This document shows, one piece after another, positions 43,997 through 53,655 of a stretch of 64,000 bases of DNA. Location: NCBI GenBank assembly GCA_041665925.1, contig JBAYHW010000001.1, positions 102,685 through 166,684 of the forward strand, read 5' to 3'. How positions within the stretch are numbered: the first letter of the stretch is position 1; each line of letters begins with the position of its first letter. The notes below the pieces were generated by a model. The model saw only the letters and a list, made by a program, of their open reading frames with translations. It was not told the origin of the DNA and searched no databases. Both the position numbers and the translations under genes were made by a program. The DNA is from Minisyncoccota bacterium. Lineage in GTDB: Bacteria > Patescibacteriota > Minisyncoccia > Phycocordibacterales > UBA9973.

Positions 43997-45736
43997 CTAG
44001 TACACTTCTTTTTGGTAGCAAGTTTCACAATAAATTTTTTCTGTTTGGTCTGGGTTATAGCTAGTTTCAAATTTGTTCTGACAAACATTATCATGATCAT
44101 GATTAGGGAGTTCACACATACATTTTCTATAGAAAAACTTTGGGCGACTGCGCATTTGGTAGAGCTCAAAATAGCGAGTGTTCGGGCATTTCGTTGGTAG
44201 AGGTATCCCTAATCTCTTATATATTAATAGTTCGTTATCTGTTATTCGGAAAGCTTTAGTGCATTTATGATTTTGAGCCGAGATCTTGTCTTCATCCCAA
44301 GCTTTACATAAAATAATTTCTGAAAGAATTGTCTTATCGACTTTTGCAATGTTCTCAGGGAGTTCTTTCCAGCTTTTTGTGGGGGTATAGCTTTTTTCTT
44401 CAGCATCCTCCCAGGCATAACCCATATCTTGAGCTTCTTTTTTTAAAATTGGGATCCATTCTTGAGCGATGCTTTCGTTATAAGCATGAGGGGAAAGTTC
44501 GCTTGGGAAAAATTCTCCATATTTATATATTTTCCCTTTTGTGTCCGAGTAAGGCAGCAGATTCATCTGTGAGATTATTTTTTCTTTCAGTGCTTCATAC
44601 TCTTCTTTGGAATATTGTTTATTAAAAATACAATAATCTTTTTTGCGTACACTCACACAACCGAAAACATTATTTACATGCTCGCAGTCTAGGGCATACA
44701 CAGCGTCAACATTATTTTCAGCATTAGTTCCGAAGAAACACCGCGAAGAAAAGTCGACACTATTGCACTCGTAGATAAGTTCTCCTGAATGTACTCCGAA
44801 AACATCCATAGAATCTTTTTGTCCTACGCCCCCGCGAACAGCATATTTTTCATTTTGACCATCGTGAATATAATATGATTTTTTAACGTTTTTACAGCCA
44901 TACAGCATATCTCCAGAAACATCATAATTTCGTTCTCCAGTCATAAATTTATGTATTGCCTGTTCTTTAATTGCTTTTTTAAACTCAATAATGTTTTTCT
45001 CAAGCACCGAAGGCGATTCCAACATTTCTTTTTTAATTCTTGCAAATTCTTCCTTGGATACGGGTTTATTTAAAACATGATAACTTTTATTACGTAAATT
45101 CCAACTCATTAAACAATTCTGACAGTTGCGACAGTCGTAGAGAAAAGCTGACTCAATACAATTTGAGCAATTTAGACTGAAATGTACTTGCGAGCACTGA
45201 ACTAAGTCTGCTGAAGCGATACAAAGCTCGCATTTTTTTGCATAGACACAATCCCAGCATTCTCGGCTTTCAAGAAGCGTCTGGCTGTAGCCGGAGTTTT
45301 CATTGAACCAACTACCAAAGAGGAGATAGCAATCTTTGTTATGGGTAGCGTAGTTACAGTATGAGCAGTTTACGTTTTTTGTTTCATATGTAGACGCATG
45401 CGGAACTGTATTTAAGAGTTTTTTAAACTGTTCAAAAAAAGGAATATTAAAATCGTAATCTAGTCCATAGTCGAGAGGATTCCATTTATCACTCCACCAG
45501 CACTCGTGGCAATAGACGGGGAAGGGGGCGTCTGCTTTGTACATAGAAATAATATCATTCTTACATAAATTACACTTTCTTTTATACAAAGATCTTTCGT
45601 TTCGCCAAATAAGTTTTCTGGTTAGTCGACACTCCGGGCAAAAAGTTGGACTGGGTACAGCTATCCTTTTATAAAAGTTTAAATCTTCTTTTTCTATATC
45701 GAATTCTTTTTTGCAATTTTGACAAATATTCTGCAT
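43997..45736 (-). CDS. Cysteine-rich repeat protein (579 aa), paralogue B in tandem with A
   Basis: Same architecture and conserved N- and C-terminal modules as 42281-43960 (MQNICQNCKKEFDIEKEDLNFY...FCPECR...PVYCHECWW ... CMCELPNHDHD...YCETCYQKEVY). Confidence 0.6.
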   Translation of the reverse strand: MQNICQNCKKEFDIEKEDLNFYKRIAVPSPTFCPECRLTRKLIWRNERSLYKRKCNLCKNDIISMYKADAPFPVYCHECWWSDKWNPLDYGLDYDFNIPFFEQFKKLLNTVPHASTYETKNVNCSYCNYATHNKDCYLLFGSWFNENSGYSQTLLESRECWDCVYAKKCELCIASADLVQCSQVHFSLNCSNCIESAFLYDCRNCQNCLMSWNLRNKSYHVLNKPVSKEEFARIKKEMLESPSVLEKNIIEFKKAIKEQAIHKFMTGERNYDVSGDMLYGCKNVKKSYYIHDGQNEKYAVRGGVGQKDSMDVFGVHSGELIYECNSVDFSSRCFFGTNAENNVDAVYALDCEHVNNVFGCVSVRKKDYCIFNKQYSKEEYEALKEKIISQMNLLPYSDTKGKIYKYGEFFPSELSPHAYNESIAQEWIPILKKEAQDMGYAWEDAEEKSYTPTKSWKELPENIAKVDKTILSEIILCKAWDEDKISAQNHKCTKAFRITDNELLIYKRLGIPLPTKCPNTRYFELYQMRSRPKFFYRKCMCELPNHDHDNVCQNKFETSYNPDQTEKIYCETCYQKEVY

Positions 45737-45749
45737 AAAATTATTTGTT

Positions 45750-46025
45750 TTAACAGCCTGCTAATACATAAAAGTTTCTTTTTTGTGGTTCGCTCCATTT
45801 GACGAAGAAATTCTCAGTTGAAGAGAAAATTCTACCGTCTTCAATTTTCTTCGCAAACTGCTCGAGCACTCCTTCTTCCCCCTCTGCGGTAATTCTAATA
45901 CTACCATCTGGTCTTGAAAAGACAGCACCAGTAATAAAGAGCTGCGCTGCAAGTTTTTCTACCCAGGGGAGAGAGTGGGAGCTAAACCCTCTTCCAGCTA
46001 TTCCTATTTCTATATGTTTAATCAT
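45750..46025 (-). CDS. Acylphosphatase-like small protein
   Basis: A 91-aa protein. GIAGRGFSS...ITGAVFSRPDGSIRITAEGEEG resembles the acylphosphatase and HypF-N fold motifs. The call is weak. Confidence 0.4.
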   Translation of the reverse strand: MIKHIEIGIAGRGFSSHSLPWVEKLAAQLFITGAVFSRPDGSIRITAEGEEGVLEQFAKKIEDGRIFSSTENFFVKWSEPQKRNFYVLAGC

Positions 46026-46177
46026 ACGCAGTTATTATAGGTATAATAAACCTTATTGTCAATGAATTTCGTCATTATTTTAATCAATATAATCAATATT
46101 TATATAATATATTTATAAAATGGCATATTTTTGTCTAAAATATTTGACACAGAATATTTTATGAGTATAATGGGAGT

Positions 46178-46966
46178 ATGAGTCAGCAAAATAATGAATT
46201 GAAAACTTTACTACTTGACGTGGACTTTTCTCCTAAAGAAGCAGATGTTTATCTTGCTATTTTGGCGCTCGGGAGAGGGACAGCTTCAAAGATTGCTCGA
46301 GAAGCGCATATTCTCCGAACGACTGTCTATGAAATTTTAAGTTCTCTCTTCAATAAAGGGTTGGTGACATTATCTGGCAAGGAACCAAAGCAAGAATATG
46401 TCGCTGAGTCGCCAGATAGACTACAGGAATACATTGCTGAACAAGTAAAGAGAAAACAAAAAGACCTTAAACAGGCTGAGTCAGTATTAATTCCACAACT
46501 TAAATCTTTGCACAACGTGGGGAATAGGCCGAAGGTAATGTTTTATGAAGGAGAAGAAGGGATGAGGAAAGTTTATGAAGACACCCTAACTTCAAGTGAG
46601 TCAATACGAGCCTATGCCAGCGTGGGGGACATGCACTCAGGTCTTCCGGGATATTTCCCGGAATATTATAAAAGACGAGCAGAGAAAAAAATAGCAATAA
46701 GAGCGATTGTTCCTGACACTGAAGCTGGGTTAGAGCGTAAAACACATGATAAAAACGAAATGCGGGAAACGGCGCTTGTCCCTAAGGGAAACTTTATGTT
46801 TTCTCCAGAAATAAATATTTATGATGATAAGGTTATGATTGCTTCCTGGAAAGAGAAACTTGGAATTATAATTGAAAGTGCGGAAATAGCTGACGCCATG
46901 AAAAAGATCTATGAGCTTGCCTGGGGAGAAGCCAAGAGATTAGATAAAGATATTAGAAATTCTTAA
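46178..46966 (+). CDS. TrmB-family transcriptional regulator
   Basis: An N-terminal winged HTH, ADVYLAILALGRGTASKIAREAHILRTTVYEILSSLFNKGLV, typical of TrmB. Confidence 0.6.
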   Translation: MSQQNNELKTLLLDVDFSPKEADVYLAILALGRGTASKIAREAHILRTTVYEILSSLFNKGLVTLSGKEPKQEYVAESPDRLQEYIAEQVKRKQKDLKQAESVLIPQLKSLHNVGNRPKVMFYEGEEGMRKVYEDTLTSSESIRAYASVGDMHSGLPGYFPEYYKRRAEKKIAIRAIVPDTEAGLERKTHDKNEMRETALVPKGNFMFSPEINIYDDKVMIASWKEKLGIIIESAEIADAMKKIYELAWGEAKRLDKDIRNS

Positions 46967-47570
46967 AGAATTTACTGAAGAAACGCAAGCTGGTGTGAGA
47001 GAAGTTGAAGAGTACGGCTAGGGTGAAAAGACCCAAAGATAAACTTTTATCAAAGAAAGACAGGATTATAGCCAAGATGGCAAAAAGTACTGGGACGAAA
47101 ATACGTATTGTGCCACGATGTATTTCTGCGTGGTCTACTTCAATGTTTTTGATGTGGTCTGATTTAAAAACATACCCCCGAATCCAGAAAAGGCATAGAC
47201 CGATTATTATAGTATGAACACCGAAAATAATTATCGCGAGTTGGTTATCGCTATATCTACCGAGGAGGGATGTGGAGAAGGGGACTAGAGTTATAAAAAG
47301 GAAAAAAATTGCATTTATGTTTGTGAGATTTCTGTCAATATTTTTTGCATACACGGAAACGAAGAAATGATGTGCTCGCCAGTAAGTGAAAAGTAGAGAG
47401 AAGGATAATAAATAAGAAAGAAAAACTGGCAAGAGATCCTTCATGTTGGCATAAAGTTCATTAGTATTAGCAGGGCTGACTAAATCTGGAGCTTTTATTT
47501 CAAAAACAAGAACTGTCATAACTATGGCAAAAATGCCATCTGCGAGTTGCTCTAATCTTGCTGGTTTCAT
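46953..47570 (-). CDS. DUF1211/TMEM175-like membrane protein (putative K+ channel family)
   Basis: RLEQLADGIFAIVMTVLVFEI matches the TMEM175/DUF1211 first-helix signature RxExFSDGVFAIAITLLVLE. The protein is 205 aa with six TM helices. Confidence 0.55.
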   Translation of the reverse strand: MKPARLEQLADGIFAIVMTVLVFEIKAPDLVSPANTNELYANMKDLLPVFLSYLLSFSLLFTYWRAHHFFVSVYAKNIDRNLTNINAIFFLFITLVPFSTSLLGRYSDNQLAIIIFGVHTIIIGLCLFWIRGYVFKSDHIKNIEVDHAEIHRGTIRIFVPVLFAILAIILSFFDKSLSLGLFTLAVLFNFSHTSLRFFSKFFKNF

Positions 47571-47705
47571 ACCCTAAGCATAGCAAATTATCAATTTTTG
47601 CTCAACACACATAAAATTCTGCTGAATTTTTGCTCTGCTCGCGCCGTCGCTCTGTGCAAGGTTTCTCAAAAATTATAATTTGCTATTTTGTGTTAAAATA
47701 CTGCT

Positions 47706-48485
47706 ATGAAAATTGGGATTTTTGATTCGGGGCTGGGAGGGCTTATTGTCGCGAAATCGATAGTAAGGCTAATGCCAGAATATGATTATGTGTATTTGGG
47801 AGATACGAAAAGAGTTCCATATGGGAACAGATCTCATGAAGTTATTTTAGAATTTGCTCGAGAGGCTGTAGAATATTTCTTTAATAAAGAAAATTGTGGA
47901 ATAGTGATAGTTGCTTGTAATACTGTCTCAGCCAGGGCTCTGCGAGAGCTTCAAAAGGAGTATAAACATAAAAAGATCTTAGGAGTTTTAATCCCTGCCG
48001 CCGAAGAGGCAGGGAAATTTAAAAGAGTTGGAGTGCTCGGCACAATAGGAACAATCGCTTCACATACTTTTCCGAAAGAGATTAAAAAAATTAATCCGAA
48101 CACAAAGGTTTTCCAAAATCCGGCACCGATGCTGGTGCCATTAGCAGAAGCAGGGGAACATAAAAATGCAGTACCATTTATAAAAGAATATTTAGAGCCA
48201 TTTCAAAATACAAAATTAGATGCGTTGGTTTTGGGCTGTACACACTATCCAATATTCAAGAGAGAAATTAAAAAAATAATTGGTAATAAAGTAAAAATAA
48301 TTTCACAAGACGAAATTGTGCCTAAAAAAGTAAAAGAATATTTATTTAGACATCCAGAAATCGCAAAAAAACTTTCTAAAACCCATACAATAAAAATATT
48401 AATCACAGACGAAACACAAACCATAGATGCACTTACTCGCAAATGGTTTGGAAGCGTGAAGCAAAAACTTATATCTCTATCATAA
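47706..48485 (+). CDS. murI: Glutamate racemase
   Basis: Contains MKIGIFDSGLGGL, VIVACNT, and the second-Cys motif LGCTHYP. Confidence 0.9.
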   Translation: MKIGIFDSGLGGLIVAKSIVRLMPEYDYVYLGDTKRVPYGNRSHEVILEFAREAVEYFFNKENCGIVIVACNTVSARALRELQKEYKHKKILGVLIPAAEEAGKFKRVGVLGTIGTIASHTFPKEIKKINPNTKVFQNPAPMLVPLAEAGEHKNAVPFIKEYLEPFQNTKLDALVLGCTHYPIFKREIKKIIGNKVKIISQDEIVPKKVKEYLFRHPEIAKKLSKTHTIKILITDETQTIDALTRKWFGSVKQKLISLS

Positions 48486-49266
48486 CTGGGCAGTGATCTG
48501 AGCCAAGGACTTCTGGCAAAATCTTTGCAGATTTAATTTTTGGGGCGAGTTTTTGGGAAACGAAAATATAATCAATACGCCAGCCGACATTTCGCGCACG
48601 AGAATTTGCAAAGTGACTCCACCAGGTATAGTGACCATTTCCTTTGATAAATATTCGAAATGTATCTACGAAGCCAGCAGTAATTATTTTATCTATCCCT
48701 TCACGTTCTTCTCTGGTGAACCCCTTTTTACCTTCATTCGGCTTTGGATTCGCTAGGTCTTCTGCCGTGTGGGCTACATTTAAGTCCCCGTTAAAAATTA
48801 CTGGTTTTTTATTTTCTAAACTTTTTACATATTCTAAAAATGCTGGATCCCATTGCTTGTGGCGCAAGGGAATTCTAGACAGGTCATCTTTCGCATTCGG
48901 GGTGTAGACCGTGACTACATAAAAGTCTTTAAATTCCACAGCGATTACCCTGCCTTCTTTGTTCGGGTCGCCATACGAATCTTCTAGCTTGTATTTCTTC
49001 TCAATATTTTCTGGCAAGCCGAGCTTTATGGACAAGGGTTTTCCAAGAGATTTGTGGATGAAAATTGCGGTACCACTATAGCCTTTACGCTCTGCAGAGT
49101 TCCAATATTCTTCATAATCCGGTAGATCCACGAGGCTCTGGTGCTGTTCCGCTTTGGTTTCCTGTAAGCACAAGATATCCGGCCGATACTTTTCTATAAA
49201 AGGCACAAAAAGGTCTTTCTTGTGCACTGCCCGTATTCCGTTTACATTCCAAGAAATTATTTTCAT
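48469..49266 (-). CDS. xth: Exodeoxyribonuclease III / AP endonuclease
   Basis: MKIISWNVNGIRAV, LCLQETK, and the C-terminal SDHCPV motif are present. The internal ATG at 49266 is preferred. Confidence 0.85.
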   Translation of the reverse strand: MKIISWNVNGIRAVHKKDLFVPFIEKYRPDILCLQETKAEQHQSLVDLPDYEEYWNSAERKGYSGTAIFIHKSLGKPLSIKLGLPENIEKKYKLEDSYGDPNKEGRVIAVEFKDFYVVTVYTPNAKDDLSRIPLRHKQWDPAFLEYVKSLENKKPVIFNGDLNVAHTAEDLANPKPNEGKKGFTREEREGIDKIITAGFVDTFRIFIKGNGHYTWWSHFANSRARNVGWRIDYIFVSQKLAPKIKSAKILPEVLGSDHCPVMIEI

Positions 49267-49267
49267 C

Positions 49268-50227
49268 TTAGCTTTTATTATGAAACTTTTTATGTATATC
49301 TCGCAAGTGTTTGTCAGTAACGTGGGTGTATATCTGCGTGGTGCTAATATTGGCATGCCCCAGAAGAGCTTGCACTGAACGAAGGTCAGCTCCATTCCCC
49401 AGCAAATCTGTAGCGAACATGTGGCGCATAGTGTGGGGGGTGACTCTTTTTGAAATACCAGCTTTGGTTGTGTAGTGTCGAACTATTCTTTCTACTGAAC
49501 GACGGTCCAGATTCCCATATTCTTTGCCAGAATACTTTTTCTTTTTTGGAACAGGTTTCTTCTTGTCACTTAAGTTACTGGGCTCAAGGTTCACGAACAA
49601 TCCTTCCTCCATATCCTTACGCGCCGATAAATATTTTCTAACATGTGTCTTGGCTCTTTCGGAAATAAAGACTACGCGAATTTTACCCCCCTTACCTTTT
49701 ACAGAAATTTCATCAGAGCGGAGGTTCGTATCGCGGGGGAGAGAACAAAGTTCGGAGACACGCAGGCCTGTAGAAAAAAGAAGTTCCATTATTGCCCGGT
49801 CACGTAGAGATTTCACATCGTCGCCTGACGCGGCCGAAAGTATGCGTTCAAGTTCTTCTTGGGTTATCAGGTCGAGCGGGCGTTCTGTGACTTTTGCGAG
49901 CTCTATCTGATCAGTAGAGAGAGATTTAATTCCTTGTTTACTCAGATATTTTAAAAACATTCGGAGGGCAATCATATAGTAGTTTTGAGTTTTTCTGGTA
50001 ACAGTGTCACCGATGGAATTAGTTTTTTGTCTGTTGAGCCATAGACGAAACTCTCGCACAGAGTCAGCAGTAATGTCTTCAGGTCTATCTGTGCTATTAT
50101 TTTTTTTTATAAATTCTAAAAATTTCGTCAGATAATGATCATAGTTTTCTATAGTACGCAAAGCTGCACCTTTTTCTATTTCTAAGTATTCCAAAAAACG
50201 GGTTTTAAGTTCTTTCAGCGTAACCAT
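49268..50227 (-). CDS. Tyrosine recombinase XerC/XerD
   Basis: The C-terminal catalytic motifs HTMRHMFATDLL...LLGHANISTTQIYTHV are present over 319 aa. Confidence 0.85.
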   Translation of the reverse strand: MVTLKELKTRFLEYLEIEKGAALRTIENYDHYLTKFLEFIKKNNSTDRPEDITADSVREFRLWLNRQKTNSIGDTVTRKTQNYYMIALRMFLKYLSKQGIKSLSTDQIELAKVTERPLDLITQEELERILSAASGDDVKSLRDRAIMELLFSTGLRVSELCSLPRDTNLRSDEISVKGKGGKIRVVFISERAKTHVRKYLSARKDMEEGLFVNLEPSNLSDKKKPVPKKKKYSGKEYGNLDRRSVERIVRHYTTKAGISKRVTPHTMRHMFATDLLGNGADLRSVQALLGHANISTTQIYTHVTDKHLRDIHKKFHNKS

Positions 50228-50405
50228 AGATATATTCTAACACGTCGCACAATATTTTCCTTCAGAATTTGTTATTTAGAAAGCACATATAATTTTCTGC
50301 TGAAAATTTATTCGAGCTCGGCTCGACAGCCTCCGCAAGTCTTTCTAAATAACAAATTCTTACGGAATCTTGCAATTTTAGCTACTTTGTGCTACTATAT
50401 GCACT

Positions 50406-50669
50406 ATGTTAGCAACCAAGAAAAAGCAAGCAGTTATTAAGAAAAATCAAATTCATGATAAGGACACAGGCTCTCCAGAAGTGCAGGTAGCTGTGCTTTC
50501 TACTCAGATTGATGCGCTTGCGAAACATTTAAAGAAACACAAGAAAGATAATCATTCTCGTCGAGGTCTCATCAAGATGGTGGCTGACCGACGCACTCAT
50601 TTGAAATATTTAGAGAGAAAAGATAAATCTCGCTACAGCGCCCTAGTAAAGAAAATGGATTTAGCTTAA
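50406..50669 (+). CDS. rpsO: 30S ribosomal protein S15
   Basis: An 87-aa protein. GSPEVQVAVLSTQIDALAKHLKKHKKDNHSRRGLIKMVADRRTHLKYLERKD matches S15. The promoter TTGCAA, 17-nt spacer, TACTAT sits just upstream. Confidence 0.9.
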   Translation: MLATKKKQAVIKKNQIHDKDTGSPEVQVAVLSTQIDALAKHLKKHKKDNHSRRGLIKMVADRRTHLKYLERKDKSRYSALVKKMDLA

Positions 50670-50804
50670 TCCTCTCTATTGGTGGTATAATTTATATACC
50701 TGTCCCGTATGAAATTTTTGATTACGTTTTTTAATCAGGAAAAAATATAGGACAAAAACAAGTCGAACTAAGACTATTATTAAAATTAAAATTTTCATAC
50801 TTGG

Positions 50805-51314
50805 ATGACAGTAATAAAACATAAAGAACAGAGAGTTGGGGTTTTTATTGATACTCAGAATGTTTATCATTCAGCCCGCAACTTGTATCAAGCTCGAGTT
50901 AATTTCGGCGCCGTTTTAAAGGATGCTGTATCAGGGAGGAAGCTTGTCCGTGCGGTAGCGTATGTTATCACTACTGAAGCAGGAGATGAGAAGAATTTTT
51001 TTGAAGCTCTCGAAAAGATGGGGATTGAAACTAAGACTAAAGACTTACAAATTTTTGCCGGAGGAGCCAAGAAGGCCGACTGGGATGTGGGGCTTGCGGT
51101 GGATGCCATTAAGATGGCGCCTCGCCTCGACTGCGTAGTGATTGTCTCCGGAGATGGCGACTTTGTGCCACTTGTAGAATATTTACAGACGATGGGCGTG
51201 CAAGTAGAAGTAGTTTCATTTGGTAAATCAACTTCTGGAAAACTTCGTGAAGTCGTGGACGACTTTGTCGATCTGTCTGAAAATCCTCGCAAATATTTAA
51301 TGGGAGTGAAATAA
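50805..51314 (+). CDS. NYN-domain (LabA-like PIN-fold) protein
   Basis: Contains VFIDTQN, DVGLAVDA and SGDGDF, the NYN catalytic Asp motifs. Confidence 0.7.
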   Translation: MTVIKHKEQRVGVFIDTQNVYHSARNLYQARVNFGAVLKDAVSGRKLVRAVAYVITTEAGDEKNFFEALEKMGIETKTKDLQIFAGGAKKADWDVGLAVDAIKMAPRLDCVVIVSGDGDFVPLVEYLQTMGVQVEVVSFGKSTSGKLREVVDDFVDLSENPRKYLMGVK

Positions 51315-51362
51315 TTTTTGCATTTTAATTAGAAAGTGCTAATCTAAGTAGGTAATTTATTA

Positions 51363-51406
51363 GTCCGACGTTATGTCGGACCCCGACCGGAGTCGTTGCG
51401 TCGGGG
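51363..51406 (+). promoter_or_regulatory. GC-rich tandem double hairpin in the pnp 5' leader (GUCCGAC-GUUAU-GUCGGAC and CCCCGAC...GUCGGGG). It is a candidate RNase III / autoregulatory site and is related to 5501-5547.
   Basis: Read directly. It lies about 110 nt upstream of the pnp ATG. Confidence 0.45.
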
Positions 51407-51512
51407 TTAATCAGGTTCGCCTTTAGATAGAGATAGTGTCTCACGCTTAAATAAAAGCTGTGAAACAATACTTTATTCTGAAGGAGAACTAGCCCAAAAA
51501 ATTGGGTATATT

Positions 51513-53651
51513 ATGGAAAAAAAAGAATATAGCGTAGAGATTGGTGGGAAAACTATGACCGCGGTTTTTAGTGATTTAGCAGAGCAAGCTCATGGTTCAG
51601 TAATATTAAAATACGGGGAGACGATAGTCCTCGCGACAGCTTGCATGTCTCGTGACAGCCAAGCTGGGCTCGGATTTTTCAATTTGACCGTGGATTATGC
51701 GGAGAAATTTTATGCAGCCGGGAAAATTCTTGGCTCACGTTTCGTGAGGAGGGAAGGCAAGCCATCCGAAGAAGCGATACTTGCTTGCCGAGTGATAGAT
51801 CGCACCCTTCGTCCGCTTTTTGACCAATCAATGCGCCACGCAGTGCAGATTATTGTGACTGTGCTTTCTGTGGATGATAACGATCCGACAATTTTAGCAG
51901 TTAACGCGGCCTCACTAGCACTTCTTGTTTCTAATATTCCATGGAACGGACCTGTCGGCTGTGTGCGTATCGGTAAATATGATGATGATAATTTAAAAAT
52001 AAATCCATCACAAAATCTTCGTCTTGATGACACCCTATATAAATTTGACCTGACTGTTTGCGGGAAGAATGGTCACATCAATATGATTGAAGCTGCGGCG
52101 CACCAGAGCACAGAAGAAGAATTGGAGGCTGCGCTTCAAAGAGCAAGTGAAGAAATTTCCAAACTGGAAGATTTCCAGAAAAAAATAGCTTCCGAAATAG
52201 GAAAAGAAAAAAGGGTGATAGAAAAAGGGACAATTGATCCTGAGTCCGTGGCATTATTTAATGAAAATATTTTACCTAAGATGGAAGCAGCTCTCTTCGC
52301 TGGTGTTGGTAAGGCCAAGATTGATGAACTACACACTACCTGGAATGCCCTGGTGAAAGAAAAATATAAAGATAGAGAAGACTTTAGTCTCGAAGACAAT
52401 CTTTTTGATGACACAGAAAACGATATCTTGCACAAAAAAGCTATAGAAGAAGACAAGCGGGCTGATGGCAGAAAAATGGACGAACTTCGTGATTTGTATG
52501 CGCAAGCTGGAGGACTTTCTCCACAGCTTCATGGGTCTGGAATTTTTTATCGCGGGGGGACGCATGTGCTCTCAGTGCTTACTCTTGGTGGACCTGAAGA
52601 CAGAAATCTTGTTGATGGCTTGCAACTCAAAGTAGAAAAAAGATTTATGCATCACTACAACTTCCCACCATACTCATCTGGAGAAGTTGGAAGATCGGGA
52701 TTTACAAATCGTCGCGAAGTCGGACACGGAGCTCTCGCTGAAAAAGCGCTCTCTATGGTCTTGCCTCCTGTTTCTGAATTCCCGTACACGATGCGAATAG
52801 TTTCTGAATCTATGGCTTCAAATGGTTCTACTTCACAAGCTTCAATCTGTGCATCTATCCTCGCTTTGATGGATGGAGGAGTTCCAATCTTGGCGCCTGT
52901 TGCTGGTATCGCCATGGGGCTCATGTATGAGTCTGATAGTAAATATAAAATTCTGACAGATATTCAGGGTCCAGAAGATCACCATGGAGATATGGATTTC
53001 AAAATTGCAGGAACGAGAAATGGAGTAACGGCAATACAGCTAGATGTGAAGGTAGAAGGTGTGCCGATAAAAATATTAGGTGAAGCCATGAGACAGTCTA
53101 AGAAAGCACGTCTAGCTATCATTGATAGAATAGAGAAAGAAATTCCAAAGCCACGAGCAAGTATATCTGCGAATGCCCCATCTATTTTGATAATTAAAAT
53201 TAATCCAGAGAAAATCGGTTTGGTTATCGGGGGCGGAGGGAAAACCATTAAAGAAATTAAAGAAAAGTCTGGCGCCGAGATAACCATCGAGGATGATGGT
53301 ACCGTATATCTTACCGGGAAGGGAGGTGCTGCCGAAAAGGCTAAAGAAATCGTGGAATCAATGACTCACGAGTACCAAGTCGGGGAAGTATTAAAGGGTG
53401 AAGTGGTAAAGATTGCTGACTTCGGAGCTTTTGTGGCCTTAAACCCATTTACAGACGGCATGGTACACATTTCTGAGCTAGCACCTTTCCGAGTGGAGCG
53501 TGTATCAGATATAATAAAGGAAGGCATGATTGTGCCAGTAAAAGTTATCAACATAGACAGAGAGAGGGGGAAGATAGGATTGTCTATTAAAGAAGCTGAC
53601 AGAGATTTTTTCTCCGCCAAAGGCGGATTCGCCTCTGGCGGAAAGGTGTAA
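51513..53651 (+). CDS. pnp: Polynucleotide phosphorylase
   Basis: Two RNase PH domains followed by KH and S1 domains over 712 aa, located downstream of rpsO. Confidence 0.95.
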   Translation: MEKKEYSVEIGGKTMTAVFSDLAEQAHGSVILKYGETIVLATACMSRDSQAGLGFFNLTVDYAEKFYAAGKILGSRFVRREGKPSEEAILACRVIDRTLRPLFDQSMRHAVQIIVTVLSVDDNDPTILAVNAASLALLVSNIPWNGPVGCVRIGKYDDDNLKINPSQNLRLDDTLYKFDLTVCGKNGHINMIEAAAHQSTEEELEAALQRASEEISKLEDFQKKIASEIGKEKRVIEKGTIDPESVALFNENILPKMEAALFAGVGKAKIDELHTTWNALVKEKYKDREDFSLEDNLFDDTENDILHKKAIEEDKRADGRKMDELRDLYAQAGGLSPQLHGSGIFYRGGTHVLSVLTLGGPEDRNLVDGLQLKVEKRFMHHYNFPPYSSGEVGRSGFTNRREVGHGALAEKALSMVLPPVSEFPYTMRIVSESMASNGSTSQASICASILALMDGGVPILAPVAGIAMGLMYESDSKYKILTDIQGPEDHHGDMDFKIAGTRNGVTAIQLDVKVEGVPIKILGEAMRQSKKARLAIIDRIEKEIPKPRASISANAPSILIIKINPEKIGLVIGGGGKTIKEIKEKSGAEITIEDDGTVYLTGKGGAAEKAKEIVESMTHEYQVGEVLKGEVVKIADFGAFVALNPFTDGMVHISELAPFRVERVSDIIKEGMIVPVKVINIDRERGKIGLSIKEADRDFFSAKGGFASGGKV

Positions 53652-53655
53652 AATA

